Part shown: positions 1 to 8,419 of the stretch, one piece after another
Position numbering within the stretch: the first letter of the stretch is position 1
How the letters are laid out: the number at the start of each line of letters is the position of its first letter
From: Gemmatimonadota bacterium
Lineage (GTDB): Bacteria > Gemmatimonadota > Gemmatimonadetes > Palauibacterales > Palauibacteraceae
Reading direction: 5' to 3'
NCBI GenBank assembly: GCA_035267645.1
Contig: DATFLN010000034.1
Location: 28,101 to 92,100 of the forward strand
Length of the DNA stretch: 64,000 bases
Program-made: the position numbers and the translations under genes
The notes under the pieces: model-generated
Told to the model about the DNA's origin: nothing
Seen by the model: the letters and a program-made list of their open reading frames with translations, nothing else
Databases searched by the model: none

Positions 1-54
1 GTAGGAATGTCCCCGTACCGTCCGCCGCATTGCGGACGGCCCCCGGAGCGTGCG

Positions 55-2976
55 ATGCCGAGCGTATCCTACCTCAAAGACAAGGCCCGGAAAGAGGAGA
101 AGCGGGGCAACTGGTCCCGGGCCGTCGACTATTACTGGCAGGCCGTGGAGCGTGCCGAGCGGGGCGGCGAGCTCATGGGCGAGCTGGGCCTCTACAACCG
201 CATCGGCGACCTCCTGCTCCGGATGGACCGCACCGATGCGGCGATCGACGCCTATCTGGAAGCGGTCGAGCGCTACGGCGAGGAGGGCCTACCGGCGCCC
301 GCCGTGGCGATGTGCAACAAGATCCTCCGTCTGGCGCCGAACCGTCACGACGTCCGCCGCCGTCTCGTCCGCCTCCACCTCGACTCCGGGCTGGTCGCCG
401 ACGCGCGGCAGGCCCTCCTCGACTTCGTACGCAAGGCCGACGACGCCGAGCTGGAGGGAGAGGCGCTTCAGGCCATCCTGGACTTCCTCGAGTCCGCGGA
501 GGACGAGGAGCTCCGGATGCACGCCGCCCTCCGGCTCGAGGAGAGGAATCGCCCCCACGAAGCCCTCGACCAGCTGCGGGCCGTGAGGGAGGCCCGTCTG
601 GAGCGGGGCGAGGACGCCTCGCCCATCGACGCTCGCATCCAGTCCCTCGCGTCCCGGCTACCGGACGTCGCGGAGGCGGCGCGGAAGGCGGCGAAGCCGG
701 TCGCCGGCGCGAAGCCGGTCGCCGGCGCGCAGGCCGAGGAAGCGGAGGCCGAGGAGGCGGAGGCCGAGGCGGAGCCGGAGGAGACGGCCGCCACCACGGA
801 GCCGGAGAAGACCGAGCCCGAGGCGGAGCCCGAGGAGGCGGCCGCCCCGGAGGAGGCTCCGGCCCCGAGGCCCAGGCCCGCGACGGGCAAGGGGGCCCGG
901 AAGCGCTCGTCGAGCGAGCGCTCTGCCCGCAAGCCCGGCAGGAAGGCCGCCCCGCCCGAGCCGGAGCCGGCAGAGGCCGCGGAGGAGCTTCCGCGGCACA
1001 GGCGCGAGCTCCCGGAGAAGATCCCGAGCCTGGCGGCCGCGGTGCCGGTCGGGACGGAGGTGGTCCCGGCGGAGCTCGAGCCCGCCCTGGCGGCGAGCGG
1101 TGGGACGTCCGGCGCCGCGGGGACGACGGCGGGCGCGGTGCGCACGGCCCAAGGGATCGAGCCGCTGGTCGTGTCCCCACCCATGACGCTCGTGCGCCTG
1201 CGTCCCGTGACCGGAGCCGCGGCGACGGCCGGAGAGGCGGGCGCCTCCGTGGACGGGACGGTCGTGGGCACCGTGGGGCCGGCGGATCCTCGCCTCCGGC
1301 GGCCGGCGCCCACCTTGGATCACGCGGGACTCCAGCCGCTGACGAACGGCCTCGCGACCCCGGCGGACGGGGAGGTAGGCTCCGTGGACGCGGTCCGGAC
1401 CGTGGCCCTGTCCGTGACCCGCCCGTCGGCGGCGGGGCCGGCGGGGCGTTCGGACCTGTCCCCGGTCATCCGGCTCCTCGCGGCCACGGGTCCGAACGGA
1501 CACGGCTCCGGGCCGGCGCACGTCGATACGCTCGTCGGGGTCCCGGCGGACCTGGAGCCCTCGGCGGGCGTCGAAGCGCTGAAGGTCGGCCGCGCTCCCC
1601 GGGGCGGATCCGGCGAGGACCGCGAGGCCGGGGACGGCGGCCGGTCGGGCGGCGTGCTGGGCGGCCTGCGGCGGGTCGGGCTCCTGGGAGGCGGCGGTGC
1701 GGACCGGGGTCCCGACCCGGAGGCTGCTCCGGGGGGAGGCGGCCGGATCCCGGGGCTGTCTCTTCCGGTGCCCGACATGAACGTCGGGCCCTCCCCGATG
1801 GGGACGGTGGCGCTGGCGCCGGTCGAGCGGGAGGCCATCGTCGAGATCGAGATGTCGGTCGGGCCGTCCGACGTGACGATCGCCGGGGCCGCGGAGCTGG
1901 CGCCGACCAGGGCTCCGTGGGAGTCGGAGCCGGAGCCGGAGCCGGAGCAGCCGGAGCCCGCGGAGTCTGGGGAGGCGTCGGCGGAGACGGCCGAGACCGT
2001 CGGAACGGCGCCAGCCGCCGAGCAGGCCCCGGCAGAGGCGGAGGAGGCCCCGGCAGAGGCGGAGGAGCCCGCGGCCGAAGTGGAGGAGGCCGCGGCCGAA
2101 GCGGCGACGCCGACCGCCGAGACCGAGGCGGAAGTCGAGCGCGAGCCGGAGCCGCCCGCGCAGGCGGAAGCCGAGGAGGCGGAGGCCGAGCTCGAAGCGC
2201 CCCCCGGGCGGGAGGCGCCGGAGCCGGAGCCCGGAGCCGAACCCGCGGCAGCGATCGGAGAGCCGGCGGCCGACGAGCCGGAGCCCGAGACGGAGGCCGA
2301 GCCCGAGCCGGTCGCGGAAGCCGAGCCGGAGCCCGAGGAAGAGGCACCGGTCGAGGTGGAGGGGCCGGCCCGCGAGAGCCTTACGTCGATTCTCAAGCGG
2401 CGGTGGTCCGATCTCTCGCCCGGCACACCGGAGTCCGCTCCCACGGCCGACGCTCCGGCGCCTCCGCCGGAGGAGCCGGTCGCACCGGCGGAGGAGTCTC
2501 CGCCGGCCGAGGACGCCGGGCCGCCCTCGGAGGCGGGGCCGCGGATCGCCGCCGAGGCCGGCGACGAGCCGACGCTGGAGGAGACGGTCCCGGAGCCGGG
2601 GGAGCGCGCTCCCGAGGAGGAGGCGGCCTCCCACCTTGACGCGCTCCTCACCCCGGACACGGACCGGGACGCCGACTATCCGGATCTGACCTCCATGCTC
2701 GAGCGTATGGGATGGTTGGGCGGGGGCGGAAGCGGAAGCGAGGCTCCGCTCGAGGTGGAGGACGAGGGCCAGGCCGAGGAGCTCACGCACCCGGCTCCGT
2801 GGAAGCGCTCCTCGGAGGCGGCCGCTGCGTCCGACGAGGAGGAGCACCCGATGGTGGACGAGGACGTGCCGAACCTGACCGGCATGCTCAAGTCGCTCGG
2901 CTGGCTGGGGAGCGGAGAGGAAGAGACCGAGGCGGCCGACGAGGGCGAGGCCCCGGCCGACGAGAAGGGAAGCTGA
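55..2976 (+). CDS. Protein with a conserved N-terminal helical (TPR-like) domain of about 190 aa and a very long acidic Glu/Pro/Ala-rich low-complexity region; the C-terminus carries a duplicated LTxMLxxxGWLG motif
   Basis: ORF 7..2976. The start is most likely the ATG at 55 (MPSVSYLKDKARKEEKRGNW), by alignment with the paralog at 2978 (MARVKQLKTAARREEQRENW). The two share an N-domain (GLYNRIGDL.LR, AI.YL.AV.RY, C.K.LR, RRL.RLH..SGLV..AR). The rest is PE/EA/EEA low complexity with in-frame nucleotide tandem repeats. Confidence 0.6.
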   Translation: MPSVSYLKDKARKEEKRGNWSRAVDYYWQAVERAERGGELMGELGLYNRIGDLLLRMDRTDAAIDAYLEAVERYGEEGLPAPAVAMCNKILRLAPNRHDVRRRLVRLHLDSGLVADARQALLDFVRKADDAELEGEALQAILDFLESAEDEELRMHAALRLEERNRPHEALDQLRAVREARLERGEDASPIDARIQSLASRLPDVAEAARKAAKPVAGAKPVAGAQAEEAEAEEAEAEAEPEETAATTEPEKTEPEAEPEEAAAPEEAPAPRPRPATGKGARKRSSSERSARKPGRKAAPPEPEPAEAAEELPRHRRELPEKIPSLAAAVPVGTEVVPAELEPALAASGGTSGAAGTTAGAVRTAQGIEPLVVSPPMTLVRLRPVTGAAATAGEAGASVDGTVVGTVGPADPRLRRPAPTLDHAGLQPLTNGLATPADGEVGSVDAVRTVALSVTRPSAAGPAGRSDLSPVIRLLAATGPNGHGSGPAHVDTLVGVPADLEPSAGVEALKVGRAPRGGSGEDREAGDGGRSGGVLGGLRRVGLLGGGGADRGPDPEAAPGGGGRIPGLSLPVPDMNVGPSPMGTVALAPVEREAIVEIEMSVGPSDVTIAGAAELAPTRAPWESEPEPEPEQPEPAESGEASAETAETVGTAPAAEQAPAEAEEAPAEAEEPAAEVEEAAAEAATPTAETEAEVEREPEPPAQAEAEEAEAELEAPPGREAPEPEPGAEPAAAIGEPAADEPEPETEAEPEPVAEAEPEPEEEAPVEVEGPARESLTSILKRRWSDLSPGTPESAPTADAPAPPPEEPVAPAEESPPAEDAGPPSEAGPRIAAEAGDEPTLEETVPEPGERAPEEEAASHLDALLTPDTDRDADYPDLTSMLERMGWLGGGGSGSEAPLEVEDEGQAEELTHPAPWKRSSEAAAASDEEEHPMVDEDVPNLTGMLKSLGWLGSGEEETEAADEGEAPADEKGS

Positions 2977-2977
2977 G

Positions 2978-4525
2978 ATGGCGAGGGTCAAGCAGCTCAA
3001 GACGGCGGCGCGAAGGGAGGAGCAGCGGGAGAACTGGGCCCGCGCCGTCGAGCTCTACCGACGCGCCCTCGAGGCCTCCGAGGAGAAGCGTGACGGGCTC
3101 CCGGACCTGGGGCTGTACAACCGGATCGGCGACCTCTACCTGCGGCAGAACGAGCCCGCCAACGCGATCGAGTACTACCTGAAGGCCGTCGATCGATACG
3201 CGGACCAGCAGCTCTACGGCGGCGCGATCGCCCTGTGCGACAAGGTGCTGCGCATCGACCCCGACCAGGTGGAGGTCTACCGCCGCCTGGGACGGCTCCA
3301 CGGGGCCAGCGGTCTCGTGGCCGAGGCCCGGGTCAATTTCCTCGAGTACGCCTCGCGCCTGGAGGAGAAGGGCGAGGAGGCGGCCACCCACGAGGCCTTT
3401 CTCGAGCTGGCCCGGCTCACCGACGACGGCGGGCTCTACCTCGAGGTCGTGGACCGCCTCCTCGAGCGGGGGGACCGGGAGCGCGCGGTGGCGGAGCTCC
3501 GCTACCTGCGCGGCGCACCGGAGAGGTTCCAGGGCATCGAGGAAGCCGTGCGCGAGCGCCTGGGGTCGGTGGCTCCCGGAGAGCTCGAGGCCAGGGGACG
3601 CGGTGCATCGGAGGAGCCTCCCGCGTCCGCTGCCGAGGGTGAGCCCGGTACGGAGCCGGCGGAGGAGGAGCCCGCGGCCGAGACCTCGAGGGAGGCCCTT
3701 CGGGCCGCCGAGGCGGCGGGAGACCTGTCCGACGCGCTGGCCGTCGCCGCCCGGATGCTCGAGGCGGAGCCGGACAGCGTGCCCCTGCACCGGAAGCGGG
3801 TCGAGCTCGCCCTGGCGCTCGAGGACGAGCAGGTCCTCGTGCGCGCCTACCTGGGCCTGGCCGCCTGCCTGGAGCGCACCGGGTCTCCCGGGGCCGCCCG
3901 GACCGTGTACGAGCGCATTCTCGAGCGCGCGCCGGCCCACGAGAAGGCGAGGCGGGCCCTGGACCGCCTCGAGCCGGAACCGGAGACCGGGAAAGAGGGG
4001 GCGGTCCGGGAGCCGCCGAAGGGGCTCGTCGAGGGGCAGTCTTCCGCGCCGGTCCGGCCCGGCGGGGCACCCTCCGGGCCGCCGAGGCCCGAGCCCGGCG
4101 ACCGGGCGCTCGACGACATGCTCGTCGGCTTCCGGGCCCGGGAGGACGCCACGGCGGAGGACGCCGACCCGGCCGCCCGATGCGAGTTCGGGGTCACGCT
4201 TCGCGAGATGGGTCGCCTGGAGGATGCGATCCGGGAGTTCCAGGCGGCGGCGCGGGCTCCCGAGCCACCTGTGCGGGCCTTCGAGCTCCTCGGAGAGTGC
4301 TTCCTGGATGAGGGGCTCCACGGCGTGGCGGTCCGGGTTCTGACCCGAGCCCTGCGCCAGCCGGGCCACCGGGAGGTCGACCTGCTCGGCGTCCTCTATC
4401 AGCTGGGCGTGGCCCGCCAGGCGCTGGGAGAGACCGAGCAGGCCCTCGAGTGCTTCGAGCGCGTCTACAGCATCGACATCGACTTCCGGGACGTGGGAGA
4501 CCGGATGAGGGCCTGCGCCCTTTGA
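2978..4525 (+). CDS. Paralog of the upstream gene: same N-terminal domain, shorter acidic linker, C-terminal TPR repeats
   Basis: N-terminal 130 aa are colinear with the ORF at 55. The C-terminus has TPR-like repeats (AIREFQAAARAPEPPVRAFELLGECFLDEGLHGVAVRVLTRAL...). The ATG lies 1 nt after the upstream stop. Confidence 0.65.
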   Translation: MARVKQLKTAARREEQRENWARAVELYRRALEASEEKRDGLPDLGLYNRIGDLYLRQNEPANAIEYYLKAVDRYADQQLYGGAIALCDKVLRIDPDQVEVYRRLGRLHGASGLVAEARVNFLEYASRLEEKGEEAATHEAFLELARLTDDGGLYLEVVDRLLERGDRERAVAELRYLRGAPERFQGIEEAVRERLGSVAPGELEARGRGASEEPPASAAEGEPGTEPAEEEPAAETSREALRAAEAAGDLSDALAVAARMLEAEPDSVPLHRKRVELALALEDEQVLVRAYLGLAACLERTGSPGAARTVYERILERAPAHEKARRALDRLEPEPETGKEGAVREPPKGLVEGQSSAPVRPGGAPSGPPRPEPGDRALDDMLVGFRAREDATAEDADPAARCEFGVTLREMGRLEDAIREFQAAARAPEPPVRAFELLGECFLDEGLHGVAVRVLTRALRQPGHREVDLLGVLYQLGVARQALGETEQALECFERVYSIDIDFRDVGDRMRACAL

Positions 4526-4597
4526 CACTTCCGCGGACGGCCTCCTACATTGGGCGGCCGTCGACGGGCGGTCCGAGAGGACGGCCGACAGGATCCC

Positions 4598-5599
4598 ATG
4601 CCGCGTGAAGCCATGCTCGAGGTCGCCCGCTCCTCCCTCAGATCGATCCGAGAGCCCATCCGGACCCGCCTCGATGCGGTCCGTGACCGCCTGGTCGAGA
4701 TGGCCGCCGACGGCTACGCCGCCGTCGACGAGGTCTCGGAGTACCTCACCGCGCTCGAGGGCAAGCTCGTGCGCCCCATGCTGGTCCTGCTCTCCAACGA
4801 GGTCGGCGGGAGCCCCGATGAGCGAGCGATCGACCTTGCCGCCGTCGTGGAGATGGTGCACGTGGCAACCCTGGTCCACGACGATGCAGTCGACCACTCG
4901 GTCCGCCGCCGCGGCCAGCCGACCGTCAACTCACGGTGGACCTACCAGGTGGCGATCATCATGGGGGACTTCCTCTATTCGCGGGCCGTGACGCGCCTGG
5001 CCGAGATGGGGGACGTGGAGGCGGTCGAGATCCTCGGACGGGCGGCCAATCGGATGACGGTGGGGGAGATGCGGCAGCTCATGGCGCACGATGCCCTGGA
5101 CGCGACCGAGGAGGCCTACGAGCTTCTGTGCGAGTGCAAGACGGCCTCGCTGATGGCGGCCGCGTGTGAGCTCGGGGCTCTCGTGGGCCGCCCCGAGCTC
5201 CGCGAGCCGCTCCGGATGTACGGCTACGAGCTCGGGATGGCCTTCCAGGTGAGCGACGACCTCCTGGACTACACGGCCTCTTCGCGGATCATCGGGAAGC
5301 CCACGGGGCTGGACCTTCGCGAGCACAAGGTGACGCTGCCGCTGATCGCCGCCCTGCCCGAGATGACGGGGGAGGAGCGGGCCCGCGTGGAGGGCCTCTT
5401 CTCGGATCCGGAGCCCGGGAAGGACCAAGTCGACGAGGTCGTGGCGATCGTGGACCGCCGAGGAGGGCTGGAGTACGCCAGGCGCCGGGCGCGCGAGTGG
5501 GCGGAGCGGGCCGCCGGTCGGTTGGAAGACCTTCCGGAGGGGCCCGCCACCGAGGCGCTCTCGAGCGCCGTGGACTTCGTGGTCTCGCGCCGGAGCTGA
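4598..5599 (+). CDS. ispB: Polyprenyl (octaprenyl/solanesyl) diphosphate synthase
   Basis: Both aspartate-rich motifs of trans-prenyltransferases are present: LVHDDAVDHSVRRRG and FQVSDDLLDY. Length is about 333 aa. Confidence 0.85.
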   Translation: MPREAMLEVARSSLRSIREPIRTRLDAVRDRLVEMAADGYAAVDEVSEYLTALEGKLVRPMLVLLSNEVGGSPDERAIDLAAVVEMVHVATLVHDDAVDHSVRRRGQPTVNSRWTYQVAIIMGDFLYSRAVTRLAEMGDVEAVEILGRAANRMTVGEMRQLMAHDALDATEEAYELLCECKTASLMAAACELGALVGRPELREPLRMYGYELGMAFQVSDDLLDYTASSRIIGKPTGLDLREHKVTLPLIAALPEMTGEERARVEGLFSDPEPGKDQVDEVVAIVDRRGGLEYARRRAREWAERAAGRLEDLPEGPATEALSSAVDFVVSRRS

Positions 5600-5650
5600 G
5601 CCGAGCCGGCGCGTTCGAACCGACGACACCCGGGAGGAAGGGCACGCGAG

Positions 5651-5932
5651 ATGGAGTTCGGGGGTACCCGTAAGAAGACGGGACGACGGGTCCTGTTCAT
5701 CATCGCGGGCGGGTTGCTCGTGGGGGCCTTGCTGACCCAGCTGGTCGGCCTGGCCTTCCCGCCGAGCGCGGCGCGGGAGTTCTTCGTGACGACCGTCTCC
5801 GCCACGTTCGGACCGCTGGCGGTGGACCTGCGCGTGATCGCGCTGACGCTGGGCCCGCTCGTCCTTCGGGTGAACGTGCTCAGCGTCGTGGGCGTGGTGC
5901 TCGTGGCCTGGTTCTCGCGATCCCTGCTCTGA
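5651..5932 (+). CDS. Small two-helix membrane protein, DUF4321-like
   Basis: 93 aa. A basic N-terminus (RKKTGRR) is followed by two hydrophobic helices. Its position next to tatA is consistent. Family assignment is from memory of DUF4321 architecture. Confidence 0.4.
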   Translation: MEFGGTRKKTGRRVLFIIAGGLLVGALLTQLVGLAFPPSAAREFFVTTVSATFGPLAVDLRVIALTLGPLVLRVNVLSVVGVVLVAWFSRSLL

Positions 5933-6000
5933 CGGAGGGAAGCCTCCGGCCGTGACGGTCGTGCGGCTCGGACGGCGGACCCACACAAGGATGGCATGAC

Positions 6001-6243
6001 ATGTTTGGTGGACTCGGCGTACCGGAGCTCATCCTCATCTTCTTCATCGTGCTCCTCTTCTTCGGGGCGCGCCGCCTGCCGGAGATCGGTGGCTCGCTCG
6101 GGAAGGGGATCCGGGAGTTCAAGGACTCCCTGTCGGGCCTCGAGGAGGACGTGAACCGGGAGATCCCGCCGGGCGAGCGCTCGAGGGAGGGCTCGGCCGG
6201 GAGCGCCGGGGAAGGGGAGCGACGGGAGGAGCCCCGGGCCTGA
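6001..6243 (+). CDS. tatA: Twin-arginine translocase subunit TatA/E
   Basis: MFGGLGVPELILIFFIVLLFFGARRLPEIGGSLGKGIREFKDS is the canonical TatA TM helix plus amphipathic helix. The C-tail is acidic. Confidence 0.88.
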   Translation: MFGGLGVPELILIFFIVLLFFGARRLPEIGGSLGKGIREFKDSLSGLEEDVNREIPPGERSREGSAGSAGEGERREEPRA

Positions 6244-6255
6244 GCCGGACTCCGG

Positions 6256-6292
6256 GGGACGCAGGGGCGCCGCCAGGCGCCCCTGCCGTCCG
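6256..6292. terminator. GC-rich hairpin between convergent tatA and ppiD
   Basis: gcaggggcgc at 6261-6270 pairs with gcgcccctgc at 6277-6286, giving a 10-bp perfect stem. It sits in the 72-bp convergent intergenic gap. Confidence 0.3.
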
Positions 6293-6315
6293 TTCAGGCT
6301 GCGTGCGGCGTTCCC

Positions 6316-8151
6316 TCAGGTGGTCGGAGCCGCGCGAGAAGCGCTGACCTCCTGCCGAAGGTCCTGGACTTCCGCGTCGTCGCGAAGCGCCTGCAGCCAC
6401 TGCTGCAGGTAGCCCTGCTGGGACTGCGAGACCACCTGCTGGCGGAGCCGGCTCTCGGCCCGCTGGAACGTCGCCCGATCCGGCTCCATCCTCCCGACCA
6501 CCTCCACCAGGGCCACGTTCTCTCCGGCGTCCATCGCACCCGAGAGCCTCCCCTCCGGGAGCCCGAAGGCCACGCCGATCGCCTCCGTCCCACGCCCCAG
6601 CCCCGGCACGAAGTCGGTGCGCGTGAACGCCGGGCTCTCCTGGACCTGCCACCCCTGTGAGCCGGCCAGGGCCCGGAGGCCCTCGTCGCGCTGGCGGGCA
6701 CCGGCCGCCAGGCTGTCGAGACGCCGACGGAGGAGGTGGCGCTTCTTCGTGGCCATGAGCTGCCGCCGGATCCGGCTCCGGACGGCTTCGAGGGGTGCGC
6801 TGCCGGCCGGAGAGCGGCTCTCGAGCTGGACCATGTGGTACCCGAGGTCGTTCTCGAAGAATTGGCTCACCTCCCCGGCGGCCGTCCCCGGATCGAACGC
6901 CCAGTCCACCGCCACCCCGAGAGCGCCGGCGCCGGGGACGAACTGCGTCCCCCTGGTCAGCTCGACGCCCCGCCGGATCTGGAGGCCCATCGTGTCGGCC
7001 GCGGCCCCGAGCCCCTGGCTGAGCGCCAGGCCCTCGAGGTCGTCCATCTCGTTGAAGATCCTGTCCTCGTGCTCCGGCATGACCTGGATCGGCACCAGCA
7101 CGTGCTGGACGGAGATCGAGTCCCCGCTGCGCTGGTCGACCCGGAGGAGATGGTAGCCCGAGCCCGCCAGGACCGGCCGGGACACGCGGCCCGTCCGCAG
7201 CGCGAACGCCGCCGAGTCGGCCGCCCCCACCAGGTCGCCGCGATGGATCCACCCCAGGTCGCCCCCCTGGAGCCCGGTCGTGCTGTCCGCGGAGGCGGTC
7301 TGCACGACCTCGGAGAACTGGCGCTGCCCGGACTCGACGATCGAGCGCAGGGAGTCCGCCCGCTCGCGGGCGGCCGCCGAGTCGCCGGCCGAAGGCTGCT
7401 CGGAGATGGTCACCAGGTCCACCGTCGCCGTGGCCGGCCGCCGGAATCGGTCGCTGTGCGCGTCGTAGTAGCCCTGGATCTCCCCGTCGGACACGGTCAC
7501 GGCGCTGTCGGGGACGACCGAGGCCGGATCGAGGCTGACGAACCGCACCCGGGCCGTCTCGTTCTGGTCCACGTAGCGCTGCCACAGCTCGGCGTCGCTC
7601 ACGTCGACCTCCTGGGAGACCAGCTGGAGCAGCTTGGACCTGGGGAGGACGTTCCGGTAGTAGTCCTCGATCTGCTTCAGGAGGTTCGGATCCACGCCCG
7701 GGCGCGAGAAGAACGCCTGGTACTTCTGGTAGTCGAACTGTCCGTTCGTCTGGAACGCGGGGTGGTTGCGGAGCGAAGGCGGCGGGCTGGTCCGGAACGC
7801 CTCCCTGATCTCGGCGTCGCTGACCCGGATCCCCAGGCGGTCGAGCTCCTGCTGGACCAGGATGTCGTTGACCATCTGGTCCCAGGCCCCCTGGGTGATC
7901 CGGTAGACCTGCTCGTCGGTCAGGGGCTGCGTCGAGCCCTGACGCGCCTGGTCGAGGGCGTTCTGGAGGTAGCGGCTCCACTCCACGTAGTGGATCTGCC
8001 GCCCGTTCACCGATCCCACGACCGGATTGGCGCCGGTCTGGGTGCTCTGCTGACGGCTCTGGACCCAGTCGAGGACGAGCCAGCCGATGAAGGCGACCGT
8101 CAGGATGAGCATGATCCACTTGGTGTTCTCGCGCATCGCGCGCATGACCAT
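6316..8151 (-). CDS. ppiD: Periplasmic chaperone / peptidyl-prolyl isomerase, PpiD/SurA-like
   Basis: The start ATG is at 8151 (MVMRAMRENTKWIMLILTVAFIGWLVL), an N-terminal membrane anchor. It is followed by SurA_N-like and parvulin-like regions. The upstream 90 codons of the printed ORF are an unlikely GC-rich extension. Confidence 0.7.
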   Translation of the reverse strand: MVMRAMRENTKWIMLILTVAFIGWLVLDWVQSRQQSTQTGANPVVGSVNGRQIHYVEWSRYLQNALDQARQGSTQPLTDEQVYRITQGAWDQMVNDILVQQELDRLGIRVSDAEIREAFRTSPPPSLRNHPAFQTNGQFDYQKYQAFFSRPGVDPNLLKQIEDYYRNVLPRSKLLQLVSQEVDVSDAELWQRYVDQNETARVRFVSLDPASVVPDSAVTVSDGEIQGYYDAHSDRFRRPATATVDLVTISEQPSAGDSAAARERADSLRSIVESGQRQFSEVVQTASADSTTGLQGGDLGWIHRGDLVGAADSAAFALRTGRVSRPVLAGSGYHLLRVDQRSGDSISVQHVLVPIQVMPEHEDRIFNEMDDLEGLALSQGLGAAADTMGLQIRRGVELTRGTQFVPGAGALGVAVDWAFDPGTAAGEVSQFFENDLGYHMVQLESRSPAGSAPLEAVRSRIRRQLMATKKRHLLRRRLDSLAAGARQRDEGLRALAGSQGWQVQESPAFTRTDFVPGLGRGTEAIGVAFGLPEGRLSGAMDAGENVALVEVVGRMEPDRATFQRAESRLRQQVVSQSQQGYLQQWLQALRDDAEVQDLRQEVSASRAAPTT

Positions 8152-8331
8152 GGGCGCGTGTCCTCCTGAGCTGGGTTTGTCCGCGGGAGCGGGCCCGCGG
8201 GGGGGCCCTGAACGCCGAGCGGCCGAGAATCTCGACCGCGTCGCCTCCGTGTGCCGAACCGTCGTCTGGAAACCCCGCAAAGCTACCGGAGGTCCGGGAT
8301 CCGGGCAACGACGCCGAAACGCCGGCGCGCG

Positions 8332-8361
8332 TTGACACATGGCGACACGGACCGGTATCTT
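8332..8361 (+). promoter_or_regulatory. Sigma70-like promoter (TTGACA, 18 nt spacer, TATCTT) upstream of the 8420 gene
   Basis: ttgaca at 8332-8337 and tatctt at 8356-8361, inside a 268-bp divergent intergenic region. A consensus -35 stands out in 70% GC DNA. Confidence 0.35.
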
Positions 8362-8419
8362 CGCTCCGTTTCGGCTCGAAGCGCCACGCCTCGTCTCCGC
8401 TCCCGTAGGGGACCCGCTC

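Noticed and set aside
700-2400. Possible CRISPR array or satellite, suggested by repetitive GAG/GCC/CCG-rich DNA
   Set aside because: The repeats are in-frame codon-level low complexity inside a continuous ORF. There are no regular repeat-spacer units and no cas genes. This is not CRISPR.
30-2639. An 869-aa alternative plus-frame ORF overlapping the first gene (RG-rich translation)
   Set aside because: It is a frame-shifted read of the GAG/GCC/CCG-rich acidic region, which gives poly-Arg/Gly. There is no start context or domains. The frame beginning at 55 carries the conserved N-domain.
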